DNA from: Geobacter sulfurreducens PCA
GTDB taxonomy: Bacteria; Desulfobacterota; Desulfuromonadia; Geobacterales; Geobacteraceae
Assembly: GCF_000007985.2 (NCBI RefSeq)
Contig: NC_002939.5
Location: 1,620,001 to 1,652,000, forward strand
Length of the DNA: 32,000 nt
Direction: 5' to 3'
Below are positions 1 to 9,151 of the stretch, piece after piece (position 1 is the stretch's first letter; each line of letters opens with the position of its first letter). Position numbers and translations under genes: made by a program. The notes under the pieces were generated by a model that was given only the letters and a program-made list of their open reading frames with translations, was not told where the DNA came from and searched no databases.

Positions 1-1346
1 GCGAGCACGTTGAGCCGTTGTTGTGCCGCAAGATTGTATGGCGTTACCTGTTCCACCAGGACATTCTGGTAAAACTGGTGATACCGGGCAATAAGAGTGG
101 CCGCGACGGCGATGCCCACACTGCCGCCGATATTGCGCATCAGGTTGAGCATGCCGGTGGCGTTCCCCATCTCTTCCTTGGGAATCGGCATGAGGGTCAC
201 GGTATTGAGGGGAACGAACAGCATGGCGAGCCCCACGCCGAGGACCACGCGCGGCCAAACGAAGTCCCAGTAGGATGCCTCCAGGGTGAACCGTTGCATG
301 AGGAACATGGCGGTCGCTCCAATCAGAAGCCCTCCCAAGACCACTTTTCGGCCATCGTAGCGTGAGATGATCGCCCCCACGAACGGCATGGTCAGCAGGG
401 TGGCCACCCCCCCTGGGGCCAGGACCATTCCCGCCAGGGTTGCATCGTAGCCCATGAGCGTCTGGAGGAAGAGGGGGATCAGCATGATCGAGCTGTAGAG
501 GCAGAACCCGATCATGAACATGATCAGATTGCCTGCGGAAAAGGAAATGTCCTTGAACAGGCGCAGGTTGACGATGGGGTGCTCGTGCCTGAGCTCCACA
601 TAGATGAGAAGCATCAGCGCAAGTACCGAGATGATGGATGCGCCGGTGATAAAGGATGAGTTGAACCAGTCGTCCTGCTGTCCCTTGTCGAGCACGATCT
701 GCAGCGCCCCGAGTCCGACGGTCAGCAACCCCAGCCCCCACCAGTCGATGGACAGCTTTGAGCGGCGGAGATAGGGGGGGTCGAAGATGAAGTAGACCGC
801 CATGATCACCGCCAGGATGCCTATGGGGATATTGATGTAGAAAATCCAGCGCCAGTTCAGGTTGTCGGTGATCCAGCCCCCCAGGGCCGGGCCGATGATG
901 GGGCCGAACATGGCGCCGATGCCGAAGATGGCGTTGGCCATTCCCCGTTCCCGGGGCGGGAATGTCTCCATGAGGATCGCCTGGCTGCTCGGGATCAGGG
1001 CTCCACCAGCAGCGCCCTGGACTATCCTGAAGAAGATGAGGCTTGTCAGGTTGGGCGCGGCGCCGCAGAGAAACGAGGCAATGGTGAAGAGGGTGATGCA
1101 GGAGATGAGGAACCGTTTCCTGCCGAAGAGTCGCGAAAACCAGCCGGTCATGGGGAGGACCACGGCGTTGCTCACCAGGTAGGAGGTGAGCACCCAGGTG
1201 ATTTCGTCGGTGCCGGCGTTGAGGCTCCCCTGCATGTGGGGAAGCGCCACGTTCGCCACGGAGGTGTCGACGATCTCCATGATTGTCGGCAGCATCACCG
1301 TGATGGTGATGAGCCACTTGTTGACGGTTTTCGTGTCCGGTTCCAC
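1..1346 (-). CDS. EmrB/QacA-family MFS multidrug efflux permease. The N-terminal ~448 codons are present; the C-terminus lies beyond the window start.
   Basis: Hand translation of the minus strand from GTG at 1346 (GGAGA just upstream) stays open to position 1: VEPDTKTVNKWLITITVMLPTIMEIVDTSVANVALPHMQGSLNAG...GWFSRLFGRKRFL...FRIVQGAAGGALIPSSQAIL...GWITDNLNWRWIFYINIPIG. These are typical 14-TMS DHA2 motifs. It is absent from the ORF track only because there is no in-window stop. It sits 12 nt downstream of the emrA-like gene. Confidence 0.85.
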   Translation of the reverse strand, partial: MEPDTKTVNKWLITITVMLPTIMEIVDTSVANVALPHMQGSLNAGTDEITWVLTSYLVSNAVVLPMTGWFSRLFGRKRFLISCITLFTIASFLCGAAPNLTSLIFFRIVQGAAGGALIPSSQAILMETFPPRERGMANAIFGIGAMFGPIIGPALGGWITDNLNWRWIFYINIPIGILAVIMAVYFIFDPPYLRRSKLSIDWWGLGLLTVGLGALQIVLDKGQQDDWFNSSFITGASIISVLALMLLIYVELRHEHPIVNLRLFKDISFSAGNLIMFMIGFCLYSSIMLIPLFLQTLMGYDATLAGMVLAPGGVATLLTMPFVGAIISRYDGRKVVLGGLLIGATAMFLMQRFTLEASYWDFVWPRVVLGVGLAMLFVPLNTVTLMPIPKEEMGNATGMLNLMRNIGGSVGIAVAATLIARYHQFYQNVLVEQVTPYNLAAQQRLNVL

Positions 1347-1358
1347 GTCTCCTGCCTT

Positions 1359-2477
1359 CTAGAACGGCCAGAGCCCGTGGAGGATGTCGCCCAGAGAGCG
1401 CTCCACGTCCACCGACGGCACCACGCTCATGCCCACCCGCAACAGGTGGCCGGGATCGCTTGCCCTGTCCACGGCGATCTTGACCGGAACCCGCTGGACG
1501 ACCTTCACGTAGTTGCCCGTGGCGTTTTCGGGCGGCAACAGCGAGAAGGCCGCGCCGGTTCCTGCCATGATACTGTCGATCCTGCCCGAGAAGGTGCGGC
1601 CAGGATAGGCGTCAACCGTAAAGGTGACCTTCTGGCCCGGCTTCATGTGGGTAAGCTGGCTCTCCTTGTAGTTGGCAGTGATCCAGACGTCATCGAGATC
1701 GACCACGGCCATGAGGGGCTGGCCCGCCTGGACCGTGTTGCCTGGCTCCACCGATTTGCGCGTGACGTAACCATCGGCGGGCGCCAGGATTTTCGTGTAG
1801 GAAAGGTTGAGGGACGCCGTGGCTAGTTGGGCATCGCGTAGCGCCACCCGGGCTTCGCGGCTACCGCTTCCCGACAGACCGATCTCGGCCTGTGCCTTGC
1901 GCATCTGCTCCTCTGCCTCGCGCACCTGGGCCACCGCCACCCGCTTTGCTGTCTCGAGCCGGTCGAACTGTTCGCGGGGGATGACCTCTTTTGCCAGCAA
2001 AGCCGTACCGCGTGTCAAATCCAGGTCAGCCTGGGCCAGGCGCGCCCGGGCATGGTCGACCGCGGCACGCGCCGCTTCCACCTGGGCATAGTCGCCCGAG
2101 GTCTCGTTGCGGGCCATGGCAAGGGCTGCCGTGGCCTCGCTGACCCGGGTCCGGTAGTCGCTGGGATCCAGTTCGGCAAGGAGATCCCCCTTTTTCACGG
2201 CTTGGTTGTCAGTGACATACACCGCAGCGACTGTGCCCGGCACCCGGGAGGATACTGCATGGATGTGGGATTCCACGAAGGCGTTGTCCGTGGATATGTA
2301 CGTTATGCCGTGGACGAGCCAGCGCAGACCGATAACCGCTCCAACCACGAACAGTATGAGTAGGAAAATGCCCGCTCGTCTCCGTTTGCCGCCGCTCCCC
2401 TTGCCCTGTGGCGCCGTCTGGGCCGAAGGGGCTTCCCGGTTTTCTCCCCGGTCCGGTAGTTCCTGTTCCGTTGTCAT
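1359..2477 (-). CDS. HlyD/EmrA-family membrane fusion (periplasmic adaptor) protein
   Basis: 372-aa ORF with one N-terminal TM segment (IFLLILFVVGAVIGL), a long coiled-coil region rich in A/E/R, and lipoyl/beta-barrel-like ends (ITYISTDNAFVE..., GMSVVPSVDV). It lies between the outer-membrane factor gene and the MFS pump gene. Confidence 0.85.
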   Translation of the reverse strand: MTTEQELPDRGENREAPSAQTAPQGKGSGGKRRRAGIFLLILFVVGAVIGLRWLVHGITYISTDNAFVESHIHAVSSRVPGTVAAVYVTDNQAVKKGDLLAELDPSDYRTRVSEATAALAMARNETSGDYAQVEAARAAVDHARARLAQADLDLTRGTALLAKEVIPREQFDRLETAKRVAVAQVREAEEQMRKAQAEIGLSGSGSREARVALRDAQLATASLNLSYTKILAPADGYVTRKSVEPGNTVQAGQPLMAVVDLDDVWITANYKESQLTHMKPGQKVTFTVDAYPGRTFSGRIDSIMAGTGAAFSLLPPENATGNYVKVVQRVPVKIAVDRASDPGHLLRVGMSVVPSVDVERSLGDILHGLWPF

Positions 2478-2479
2478 TC

Positions 2480-3760
2480 CTACAGTTCTCCCATGGCTTT
2501 GCTGACACGGGCCTTTGCGACCTGGAAGTCGAAAACGGCCCGGTGATAATCGGTCTTTATCTGGGTAAGCAGTGTCTGGGCATCGAGCACATCAGTGGCC
2601 GTGCCGACCTGAGCCTGGTAGCGGTCCCTATTGATCCTCAGGTTTTCTTCTCCCTGGCGGATTGCCGTTTCGACGCTCTTGATCCGCTGTTCCGCCACCC
2701 GGGCATCGTTCAGGGCAGTGGCAAGCTCGAGCCGGACCTGTTCCCGCGCCAGTCGCAACGCATCGCGGCTCCTGGTGAGGCGCTCGACTGACTGCCGGTG
2801 CCTGGATTCCGTGGCGAAGCCTTCGAAGAGATTGATCTTCAGCCCCACCGTTGCGGCATAGATTGCCTGCTCGCGCACCTTGCTGTTCTCCACGTAGTCG
2901 ACACCGGCCTTGGCATAGAGTTCGGGGTAGTAACCGCTCCTGGCCTCGGAAACTTCTGCATCGGCGGCGTCTGCGCTTCGCGCAAGGGCAGTCAGTTCGG
3001 GACGATTGGCAAAGGCGCGTTCTTCGGCCCCGGCGGTATCGGGCATGGCGGATTCAGTTCCCTCTTCAAGCTCGTCACGCTGATCGAGAGGTCTTCCGGT
3101 CAGGTGATTCAGGTACATCCAGCGGTTTTCGAGACGATTTGCCGCCACCAGGCGCTTCTGGGAGCTTTCCGCCAGTCTGACCTGGGCCTGGAGCAGGTCG
3201 TTGCGGGTGACCACCCCCTGTTCGAAGAGATTGGTGGCGATCCGCAGATGGTCGGTTCGCTGGGCCACTTCCTCCTCGGCGGTGCCGAGGAGGCGCCGTG
3301 CTTCGAGGATGCCGAAATAGGCCTCGACAACCTGGAGGAATACGTCTTTCTCGGCCGCTGCGTATTGCTGGGCAGTCGCCTCGTGGAGGAGGGACGCCCG
3401 CTGCCGGCGCGAGGAGGTGCGGCCGAAATCATAGATGGTCTGGGTCACGGAGAGGTTGAAGAATCCATAGGTGCCGTCCTGGGTCTCAATGCTGCCCCGT
3501 TCGCCGAAATTCACCGCCTGGGGCTTTGCCTGGAGGGTGTACCCGCCCTGGAAGTCCACGCGCGGGAGAAAGCCGCTTCGGGCCTGGGTGATCGCCTCTT
3601 GCGCGATAAGGCGGTCGGAAGCTGTTACGGCCAGCGAGTAGTTGCCGGCCGCGGCCAGACTCAGGCATTCTTTGAGTGAAAGCGCGCTGGCCATGGCCGG
3701 CGTCGCTGCACAGAGCGCAAGGATCAGGAAGGGGATGCTACGGATTGGTAGTGGTTTCAT
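2480..3760 (-). CDS. TolC-like outer membrane efflux protein (OEP family)
   Basis: The ORF track runs to 3850. The plausible start is the ATG at 3760, giving MKPLPIRSIPFLILALCAATPAMASA, a Sec signal peptide. The repeated helix/beta OEP architecture is present (LKECLSLAAAGNYSL..., TDVLDAQTLLTQ). It ends 2 nt before the emrA-like start. Confidence 0.8.
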   Translation of the reverse strand: MKPLPIRSIPFLILALCAATPAMASALSLKECLSLAAAGNYSLAVTASDRLIAQEAITQARSGFLPRVDFQGGYTLQAKPQAVNFGERGSIETQDGTYGFFNLSVTQTIYDFGRTSSRRQRASLLHEATAQQYAAAEKDVFLQVVEAYFGILEARRLLGTAEEEVAQRTDHLRIATNLFEQGVVTRNDLLQAQVRLAESSQKRLVAANRLENRWMYLNHLTGRPLDQRDELEEGTESAMPDTAGAEERAFANRPELTALARSADAADAEVSEARSGYYPELYAKAGVDYVENSKVREQAIYAATVGLKINLFEGFATESRHRQSVERLTRSRDALRLAREQVRLELATALNDARVAEQRIKSVETAIRQGEENLRINRDRYQAQVGTATDVLDAQTLLTQIKTDYHRAVFDFQVAKARVSKAMGEL

Positions 3761-4187
3761 GGCGATTCTCCGGGGCGGTCCTGATTTTTTCCAGGAGATG
3801 ATGCAGACTGTTCTGTTCGTCTTCTGATAGGGGAGCGAGAAAGCGGGCAAGCACCTCCGCCGCAGTGGCGCAGAGTTCGTGTTCGAGTGTCATGCCCCGT
3901 TGGGTGAGGCAGATGCGATAGGCGCGGCGGTCTTCGGGGTGGGGCTGCCGCTTGACCAGACCGAGCTTTTCGAGCCGGTCAACGAGACCGCCGATGGTGG
4001 TCCGGTCAATGAGGGTCTTCTGGGACAGGGCCGTCTGGGATTGGCCATCTTCTTTCCAGAGAAAGGCAAGGACGCTGAACTGCGGAGGGGTCAGGCCGTA
4101 GGGATCCAGTTGGTCTTTGAACAACGCAAAGCCCCGCTGATAAGCCTTGGCAAGGTGGAAGCCGATACTGTTCTCAATGTCGTACAT
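3738..4187 (-). CDS. MarR-family transcriptional regulator, first gene of the efflux operon
   Basis: 149 aa with the winged-HTH signature SQTALSQKTLIDRTTIGGLVDRLEKLGLVKRQPHPEDRRA. Its 3' end overlaps the TolC-like start by 23 nt. Confidence 0.85.
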   Translation of the reverse strand: MYDIENSIGFHLAKAYQRGFALFKDQLDPYGLTPPQFSVLAFLWKEDGQSQTALSQKTLIDRTTIGGLVDRLEKLGLVKRQPHPEDRRAYRICLTQRGMTLEHELCATAAEVLARFLAPLSEDEQNSLHHLLEKIRTAPENRHETTTNP

Positions 4188-4206
4188 GCTGGCATCCGAT
4201 CGCTGC

Positions 4207-4227
4207 GTACAATGACAGTCATTGTAC
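4207..4227. promoter_or_regulatory. Candidate MarR operator: perfect 10-bp-arm palindrome GTACAATGAC-A-GTCATTGTAC
   Basis: Read directly from the sequence. It lies 20 nt upstream of the marR ATG and overlaps the -10 hexamer of the predicted promoter. A related half-site, ACTGTCAATG, is at 4241-4250. Confidence 0.55.
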
Positions 4228-4248
4228 AGATAATCAGTATACTGTCAA
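4221..4248 (-). promoter_or_regulatory. Sigma70-type promoter for the marR efflux operon
   Basis: The minus strand reads TTGACA (4248-4243), a 16-nt spacer, then TACAAT (4226-4221), about 35 nt upstream of the marR ATG at 4187. Confidence 0.55.
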
Positions 4249-4296
4249 TGCGTGCCTGGGCTGTCGATGTCTGCTTGGCAGTGCAGGGGAAGGTTG

Positions 4297-6540
4297 TTAA
4301 GGCTGTTGCCGAACCGGCGCAGTCAGGGCTGAGGTTTCGGGCGGGCTGGCCAGTGCCGCGGTTGGCGGCGCATTATTGGTCGGGGCTGGTTGGGGCGGTT
4401 CCGGTGCGCTGACCTGGGGAAGAAACGCAAGGGCCGGTGCGGCAGGACGGTAGAGCCTGCGGTATACCTCCGCAAAAGTCAGGACTTTTTTTACATACTC
4501 GCGGGTTTCGTAGTAGGGAATGTTCTCGATGAATTCGTCTTCGCGCAGGCCGGCAAGGGAACGCCGCCACCGGTCCACCGGCCTGGAGCCCGCATTGTAG
4601 GCCGCCACGGCGGAAACCACATTGCCGTTGTACTGCTTGAGCAGGTCTTTCAGGTGTCTGACCCCGAGGCCGACATTGAAGGTTGGGTCAGTGAGGCGCG
4701 CTGAAATACCGTTGGCGGGGGACGAACCGTTGACCATGCCCTTGGCGGTGGACGGCATGAGCTGCATGAGCCCCACCGCGCCGACCGGTGAGAGGGCGAC
4801 TGGAGAGAAGCCGCTTTCGGCCTTGATGAGTCCGTAGATCAATTCTTCGGGGATAGTGTGGCGGTTTGCCTCGGCAGCGACCGAGTCGCTGAATCCGCGG
4901 GGATAGAGCAGTCCCCAGGTAGTCGCCGTTTCGCCGTCCATGCGGCGGGGTTGCTCCCCGCGCAGGGCCGCGGCCGCGGATGAATAATCATTCATCTCCA
5001 GGTAGAGACGGGCGATGCCCAGGAGCCCCTTACCCCGCGACGAGCCGTTTTTGCGGGCGATGGAGAGTTCGCTCCTGGCCTGATCATGGAGCCCCATGGC
5101 GATAAGTGCTCGTGCTCGTTCGTGTCCGGCAGGAGGGGAGATGGTCTGGCGCAGGTCGTGCACTATCAGGGGTATTGCCCCTTCCTGAGGTGCCGGGTCG
5201 GTCGCCGTAAAGGTATAGAAGGAAAAAGGGTATTCCTCTGCAAGCATGGCAAAACTCTGCCGGGCCACGGTTTCTTCTCCGATGCGCTGGAGGGAACGCC
5301 CGTGCCAGTACAGCGCCCGTTCCCGGTAGTCGGCAGAAGCGGTCAGAAGCCGGAATGACTCCGCGGCAGAGCGATAGTCGCCGGTGTTGTAGCGAGCCCA
5401 GGCAGTTTCCCACATTGCTCGAGGTTTGAGTTTCGTCCCGGGATAGGTTGTCAGCAGTTTTTCCAGGACTGCCAGCTGATCAGCGTACCGCCCCTGGAAT
5501 TTGCGGACAAATGCCGCCTCCAGCAGCGCATTATCCGCCCATTCCGACGTGGGGGCCGTCTCCGCAAGCTTGAGAAAGCCGAGGAATGCCTCGTCATCGT
5601 TGCCAGCTTTGTTCTGGGCTCGGGCGAGCAGGAAACGGGCTTCGTCGGCAATCTCCCGCTTCGGCTCACGCTCGATGAGGCTGGAGAATGTGCGGGCAGC
5701 ATCCTTGTACCGTCTCAGTTTTAGGAGTGTCTCGCCAATTTTCAGTGCCACGCGGTCGTTGAAGCCGGCAAGCTGCTCCTTGAGGGGAATGGTATTGAAG
5801 ACGGCAAGGGCGCGTTCGTACTTGCCGAGATTGTAGAGCGTAGTTCCTCGTTTGAGGAGTTCATCGGGCGTTAGCGGAACGGCAGGGAATCCGAGCGCCT
5901 CAAGTCGCTTGAGTTCCTGTTCCGCGGTTTCAGCCACGGGAGATGCCGGATAGGCAAGCCAGATAGCCCGCAGTTCCTGGACAGCCCGTCGCGGGTCGTC
6001 AAGGCCTTCGCGGCAGAGGGCCGTTTTCAGGTTGGCGGTGACTGAGTCGGTTCCCGAAGGGTACAGTTCAATGAACCGTATGTAGGAGGCAAGGGCCTGA
6101 CGGTACTCTTTGCGGGCGAACTGGGCATCCGCGAGGAGCATGCGCGCCTTTCGCAGGGTCGGGCTGTCGGGCCAGGTCCCCACGAGTCGTTGCAGCACTT
6201 CTTCCGCCTCGTCGTAGCGGGTCGCCGCCATGAGTGCCTCCGCCTGCCAGAACAGTGCGTAATCGGCCAACAGCGGAAGATCCTTTGCCGCAACGCCAAG
6301 AAGCTCGGAGGCTTCGGGCCACTGCTCAAGGCGACGGGCTGCCACGCCGTCCAGGAAGGTCCGCTCGGGAGATGGCGGGACGGAGCGCAGCTCATCGCGC
6401 ACAGCGCGATAATCTTTATCCTTCATGCGAAGTGCTGCATTGCGGAGCGGTGCATCAGGGACCGGAGCCATGGGCTGCGCAAAAGCTGACACCCCGAACA
6501 GGAGGCAGGCGAGGGAGACAACAAGGAGTCTGGTGTACAT
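4297..6540 (-). CDS. slt: Soluble lytic murein transglycosylase (Slt70-like): N-terminal superhelical/TPR-like domain plus C-terminal SLT domain
   Basis: C-terminal SLT motifs are present: LIKAESGFSPVALSPVGAVGLMQLMPSTA and AAYNAG. The track ORF begins at a TTG (6579). The ATG at 6540 gives MYTRLLVVSLACLLFGVSAFAQP, a signal peptide, with GAGG 10 nt upstream. Confidence 0.85.
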   Translation of the reverse strand: MYTRLLVVSLACLLFGVSAFAQPMAPVPDAPLRNAALRMKDKDYRAVRDELRSVPPSPERTFLDGVAARRLEQWPEASELLGVAAKDLPLLADYALFWQAEALMAATRYDEAEEVLQRLVGTWPDSPTLRKARMLLADAQFARKEYRQALASYIRFIELYPSGTDSVTANLKTALCREGLDDPRRAVQELRAIWLAYPASPVAETAEQELKRLEALGFPAVPLTPDELLKRGTTLYNLGKYERALAVFNTIPLKEQLAGFNDRVALKIGETLLKLRRYKDAARTFSSLIEREPKREIADEARFLLARAQNKAGNDDEAFLGFLKLAETAPTSEWADNALLEAAFVRKFQGRYADQLAVLEKLLTTYPGTKLKPRAMWETAWARYNTGDYRSAAESFRLLTASADYRERALYWHGRSLQRIGEETVARQSFAMLAEEYPFSFYTFTATDPAPQEGAIPLIVHDLRQTISPPAGHERARALIAMGLHDQARSELSIARKNGSSRGKGLLGIARLYLEMNDYSSAAAALRGEQPRRMDGETATTWGLLYPRGFSDSVAAEANRHTIPEELIYGLIKAESGFSPVALSPVGAVGLMQLMPSTAKGMVNGSSPANGISARLTDPTFNVGLGVRHLKDLLKQYNGNVVSAVAAYNAGSRPVDRWRRSLAGLREDEFIENIPYYETREYVKKVLTFAEVYRRLYRPAAPALAFLPQVSAPEPPQPAPTNNAPPTAALASPPETSALTAPVRQQP

Positions 6541-6595
6541 ATACTGCAAACCTCGTGGGGCACGGCGCAGGTGACGCAACGCCGGTGAGTGGCAT

Positions 6596-6628
6596 GAAAA
6601 ACGCCGGCCCCGAACCGCCGGCCGGCGT
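6596..6628 (-). terminator. Intrinsic-terminator-like hairpin on the minus strand, inside the slt upstream region
   Basis: The minus strand reads ACGCCGGCC-(10-nt loop)-GGCCGGCGT followed by TTTTT. That is a 9-bp GC stem (6601-6609 pairing with 6620-6628) and a T-tract (6596-6600). No minus-strand gene ends immediately upstream of it. Confidence 0.4.
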
Positions 6629-6701
6629 CAACGGCTTAAATACTACCCGCAAGGGGACGGAAAATGCAAAGGGTTTTTCAGTGATTGCGCCCGTATACGG
6701 A

Positions 6702-6731
6702 TTGACTTTGCCGTGAAACTGCATGCATAGT
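6702..6731 (+). promoter_or_regulatory. Possible sigma70 promoter for rnr
   Basis: TTGACT (6702-6707), an 18-nt spacer, then CATAGT (6726-6731). The -10 is weak and the spacing is non-optimal. Confidence 0.3.
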
Positions 6732-6762
6732 AGCCGTGGCGTACAGCCGGGAGAGGGGACGG

Positions 6763-9057
6763 ATGATGAAACGGAAACGGGAGGAAGTCCTCGCGTTCAT
6801 CCGCGAGCAAGGGGGCAGCACCCCCTTCAGGGACATGATGCAGGCCTTTGGCGTAACCAAGGCCAATCGGCTGGGATTCAAGCAGTTCGTGGACCAACTG
6901 GTGTCGGCGGGCGATCTGGTGAAACAGCGCGGCAACCGCTACGCCGTCCCGTCAGAGGAAACCGTCGTCCGGGGGCGTCTTGTCACTCATCGCGAGGGAT
7001 ACGGCTTCGTGGTTCCCGAGGGGGGAGGAGACGACGTCTACGTCCCGGCCCGATACCTGGGGGGAAACCTCCACGGGGATGTGGTTGAAGTCCGGGTTGA
7101 ATCCTTTAAGCGTGGAGGGAAGAAGGAAGGGCGGATTATCCGGACCATCGAACGGGGGCTCAAGCGGATCGTCGGCCGATTCGACACCGCCGGCGGGGTG
7201 GGGTTCGTCCAGCCGGACGACACCCGCATCACCCGGGATATCGCGGTTCCCCAAAAAGCATGGGGGGGGGCCCGCAGCGGTCAGGTGGTAGTGGCGGAGC
7301 TTACGGCCTGGCCCACGGAGCGGAAGAAGGCGGAGGGGCGCATCGTGGAAGTGTTGGGCTCTCCCGACGACCCCGAGGTTGAGGTCCTCACCATTATCCG
7401 CAAGCATGACCTTCCCTATGAATTTCCCGTAGACGTACTGACTGAGGCCCGTTCCACTCCGCAGGAGGTGCGCAGGGGGGACGTGGCCAAACGGGTGGAT
7501 CTGCGGGAGCGGCTTACCGTCACCATTGACGGCGAGACGGCCCGGGATTTCGATGACGCGGTATCCGTGCAGCGGGAAAAGGGGGGCGACATCCGCCTCT
7601 GGGTCTCCATCGCCGATGTGTCCCACTACGTGAAACCGGGATCTGCCCTGGACCGTGAAGCCTACCTGCGGGGAACCTCTGTCTATTTCCCCGATCGCTG
7701 TATCCCCATGCTGCCCGAGGAACTTTCCAACGGCATCTGTTCGCTCAATCCCCAGGTGGAGCGCCTGACGCTCACGGCCGAGATGCTGTTCACCCGAAGC
7801 GGGGCCATTAAGTCCTCGTCGTTCTATCCGAGCGTGATCAGGAGCGCCGCACGGCTCACCTATACGACGGTCCGCAAGGTGCTCGTAGACGGCGATCCGG
7901 AGGCAATCAAGGCCAACCGTCACCTGGTAGACGACCTTGAAGTAATGAAGGAGTTGGCGCTGCGCCTCATGGAGAAGCGGAAAAAACGCGGCAGCATCGA
8001 CTTCGACCTGCCCGAGCCGCAGATCGTCCTGGATCTCCAGGGGGAGATGGTGGATATCATCCGGTCCGAGCGCAACCTTGCCCACCGGATCATTGAAGAG
8101 TTCATGCTGGCGGCCAACGAGGCGGTGGCGTCCCATATCGAGGAGCGGGGAATACCCTCTCTCTATCGGGTTCACGAACCGCCCGACCCGACCAAGCTGA
8201 CCGACTTCCGGGAGTTCATTTTCAATTTCGGCTATGCCTTCCGGATGGATGGCGACCGGGTCGACCCCCACGAACTTCAGCGGCTCATCGACGAAGCCGA
8301 GGGAAAGCCCGAGGAGCGGATGATCAACGAGGTGCTCCTGCGGTGCATGAAGCAGGCCCGCTACAGCCACGAAAACTTGGGGCATTTCGGCCTGGCGGCC
8401 CGTTGCTACACCCATTTCACCTCCCCCATCCGCCGTTATCCCGACCTGGTTGTGCACCGCATTCTCAAGGACATTCTCGCCGGGGCCATGACTGAGAAGG
8501 AACAGGAGCGCCTGGCCGCCGCCCTGCCGGAGACGGCCGAGCAGACGAGTCGCCGGGAGCGTCTCGCAATGGAGGCTGAACGGGAGATCGTGGCGCTCAA
8601 GAAGGCCCAATTTATGAAGGAGCGGGTCGGCGAAACCTTTGAGGGCTATATCACCGGGGTAAGCTCCTTCGGCTTTTTCGTGGAGCTGATCGATCTGTTT
8701 GTCGAGGGGATGGTTCATGTCTCTACCCTGGCCAATGACTTTTACCGTTACGAGGAGAAACGGCACTCGCTGGTGGGAGAACGGACAAAGGAGACCTTCA
8801 GGATCGGCGACAGGGTCAGCGTTCTGGTGGCTGCGGTGAGCATTGAGCGGCGGCAGGTGGAGTTCGTTCTCGCGGGTCTCCACGAAGTCCGGCCGGGCTC
8901 GGCGGAAAGGACGTCGGCGACGGAGGAGTATCCGCGGATACCGGTCAGGGGTAAGCGACCCAAGGCTCTTCAGGCACCCCGGGGCAAGGGGGGAGGGCGC
9001 GGCCGTGGTTCCGGGGAGAAGCGTACGGGGGGCAAAGGTGGCCGCCCCAAACGGTGA
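6763..9057 (+). CDS. rnr: Ribonuclease R (RNB-family 3'-5' exoribonuclease) with a C-terminal S1 domain and a basic tail
   Basis: The RNB catalytic region contains ARDFDDAVSV. The S1 domain contains FEGYITGVSSFGFFVEL. The tail is K/R/G-rich (RGKGGGRGRGSGEKRTGGKGGRPKR). The track start is a GTG at 6736. I prefer the ATG at 6763, which is preceded by GGGAGAGGGG. Confidence 0.9.
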   Translation: MMKRKREEVLAFIREQGGSTPFRDMMQAFGVTKANRLGFKQFVDQLVSAGDLVKQRGNRYAVPSEETVVRGRLVTHREGYGFVVPEGGGDDVYVPARYLGGNLHGDVVEVRVESFKRGGKKEGRIIRTIERGLKRIVGRFDTAGGVGFVQPDDTRITRDIAVPQKAWGGARSGQVVVAELTAWPTERKKAEGRIVEVLGSPDDPEVEVLTIIRKHDLPYEFPVDVLTEARSTPQEVRRGDVAKRVDLRERLTVTIDGETARDFDDAVSVQREKGGDIRLWVSIADVSHYVKPGSALDREAYLRGTSVYFPDRCIPMLPEELSNGICSLNPQVERLTLTAEMLFTRSGAIKSSSFYPSVIRSAARLTYTTVRKVLVDGDPEAIKANRHLVDDLEVMKELALRLMEKRKKRGSIDFDLPEPQIVLDLQGEMVDIIRSERNLAHRIIEEFMLAANEAVASHIEERGIPSLYRVHEPPDPTKLTDFREFIFNFGYAFRMDGDRVDPHELQRLIDEAEGKPEERMINEVLLRCMKQARYSHENLGHFGLAARCYTHFTSPIRRYPDLVVHRILKDILAGAMTEKEQERLAAALPETAEQTSRRERLAMEAEREIVALKKAQFMKERVGETFEGYITGVSSFGFFVELIDLFVEGMVHVSTLANDFYRYEEKRHSLVGERTKETFRIGDRVSVLVAAVSIERRQVEFVLAGLHEVRPGSAERTSATEEYPRIPVRGKRPKALQAPRGKGGGRGRGSGEKRTGGKGGRPKR

Positions 9058-9151
9058 CATTTGCCGGATACGCCATCCGTCCGCTTTACTCAAGTTGTCG
9101 CGCTGTGCTAATGTCTATCGGTTAAACCACGTACGTTAAGGTAGAGGTGAC

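Noticed and set aside
3761-3850. 30-codon N-terminal extension of the TolC-like ORF.
   Set aside because: It lies inside the marR coding region. The ATG at 3760 yields a canonical signal peptide ending AMASA.
6629-6735. Possible cyclic-dinucleotide (GEMM-I) riboswitch in the slt/rnr divergent spacer. Geobacter uses many of these.
   Set aside because: Neither strand contains the conserved GEMM-I cores as I remember them (GCACAGGGCAAACC, GACGCAAAGCC). Only vague purine-rich similarity was seen (GGGACGGAAAATGCAAAGGG). A covariance-model scan would be needed to revisit this.
6952-9093. 713-aa minus-strand ORF opposite rnr. Similar long antisense ORFs occur at 15272-16471, 16635-17795, 19083-20222 and 20223-21695, opposite pilB, pilT, pilS and pilR.
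   Set aside because: They lie entirely inside strongly supported genes with clear family motifs. Their translations are low-complexity and rich in G/R/P/H/D with no recognisable domains. Such shadow ORFs are expected in GC-rich DNA where stop codons are rare on the antisense strand.
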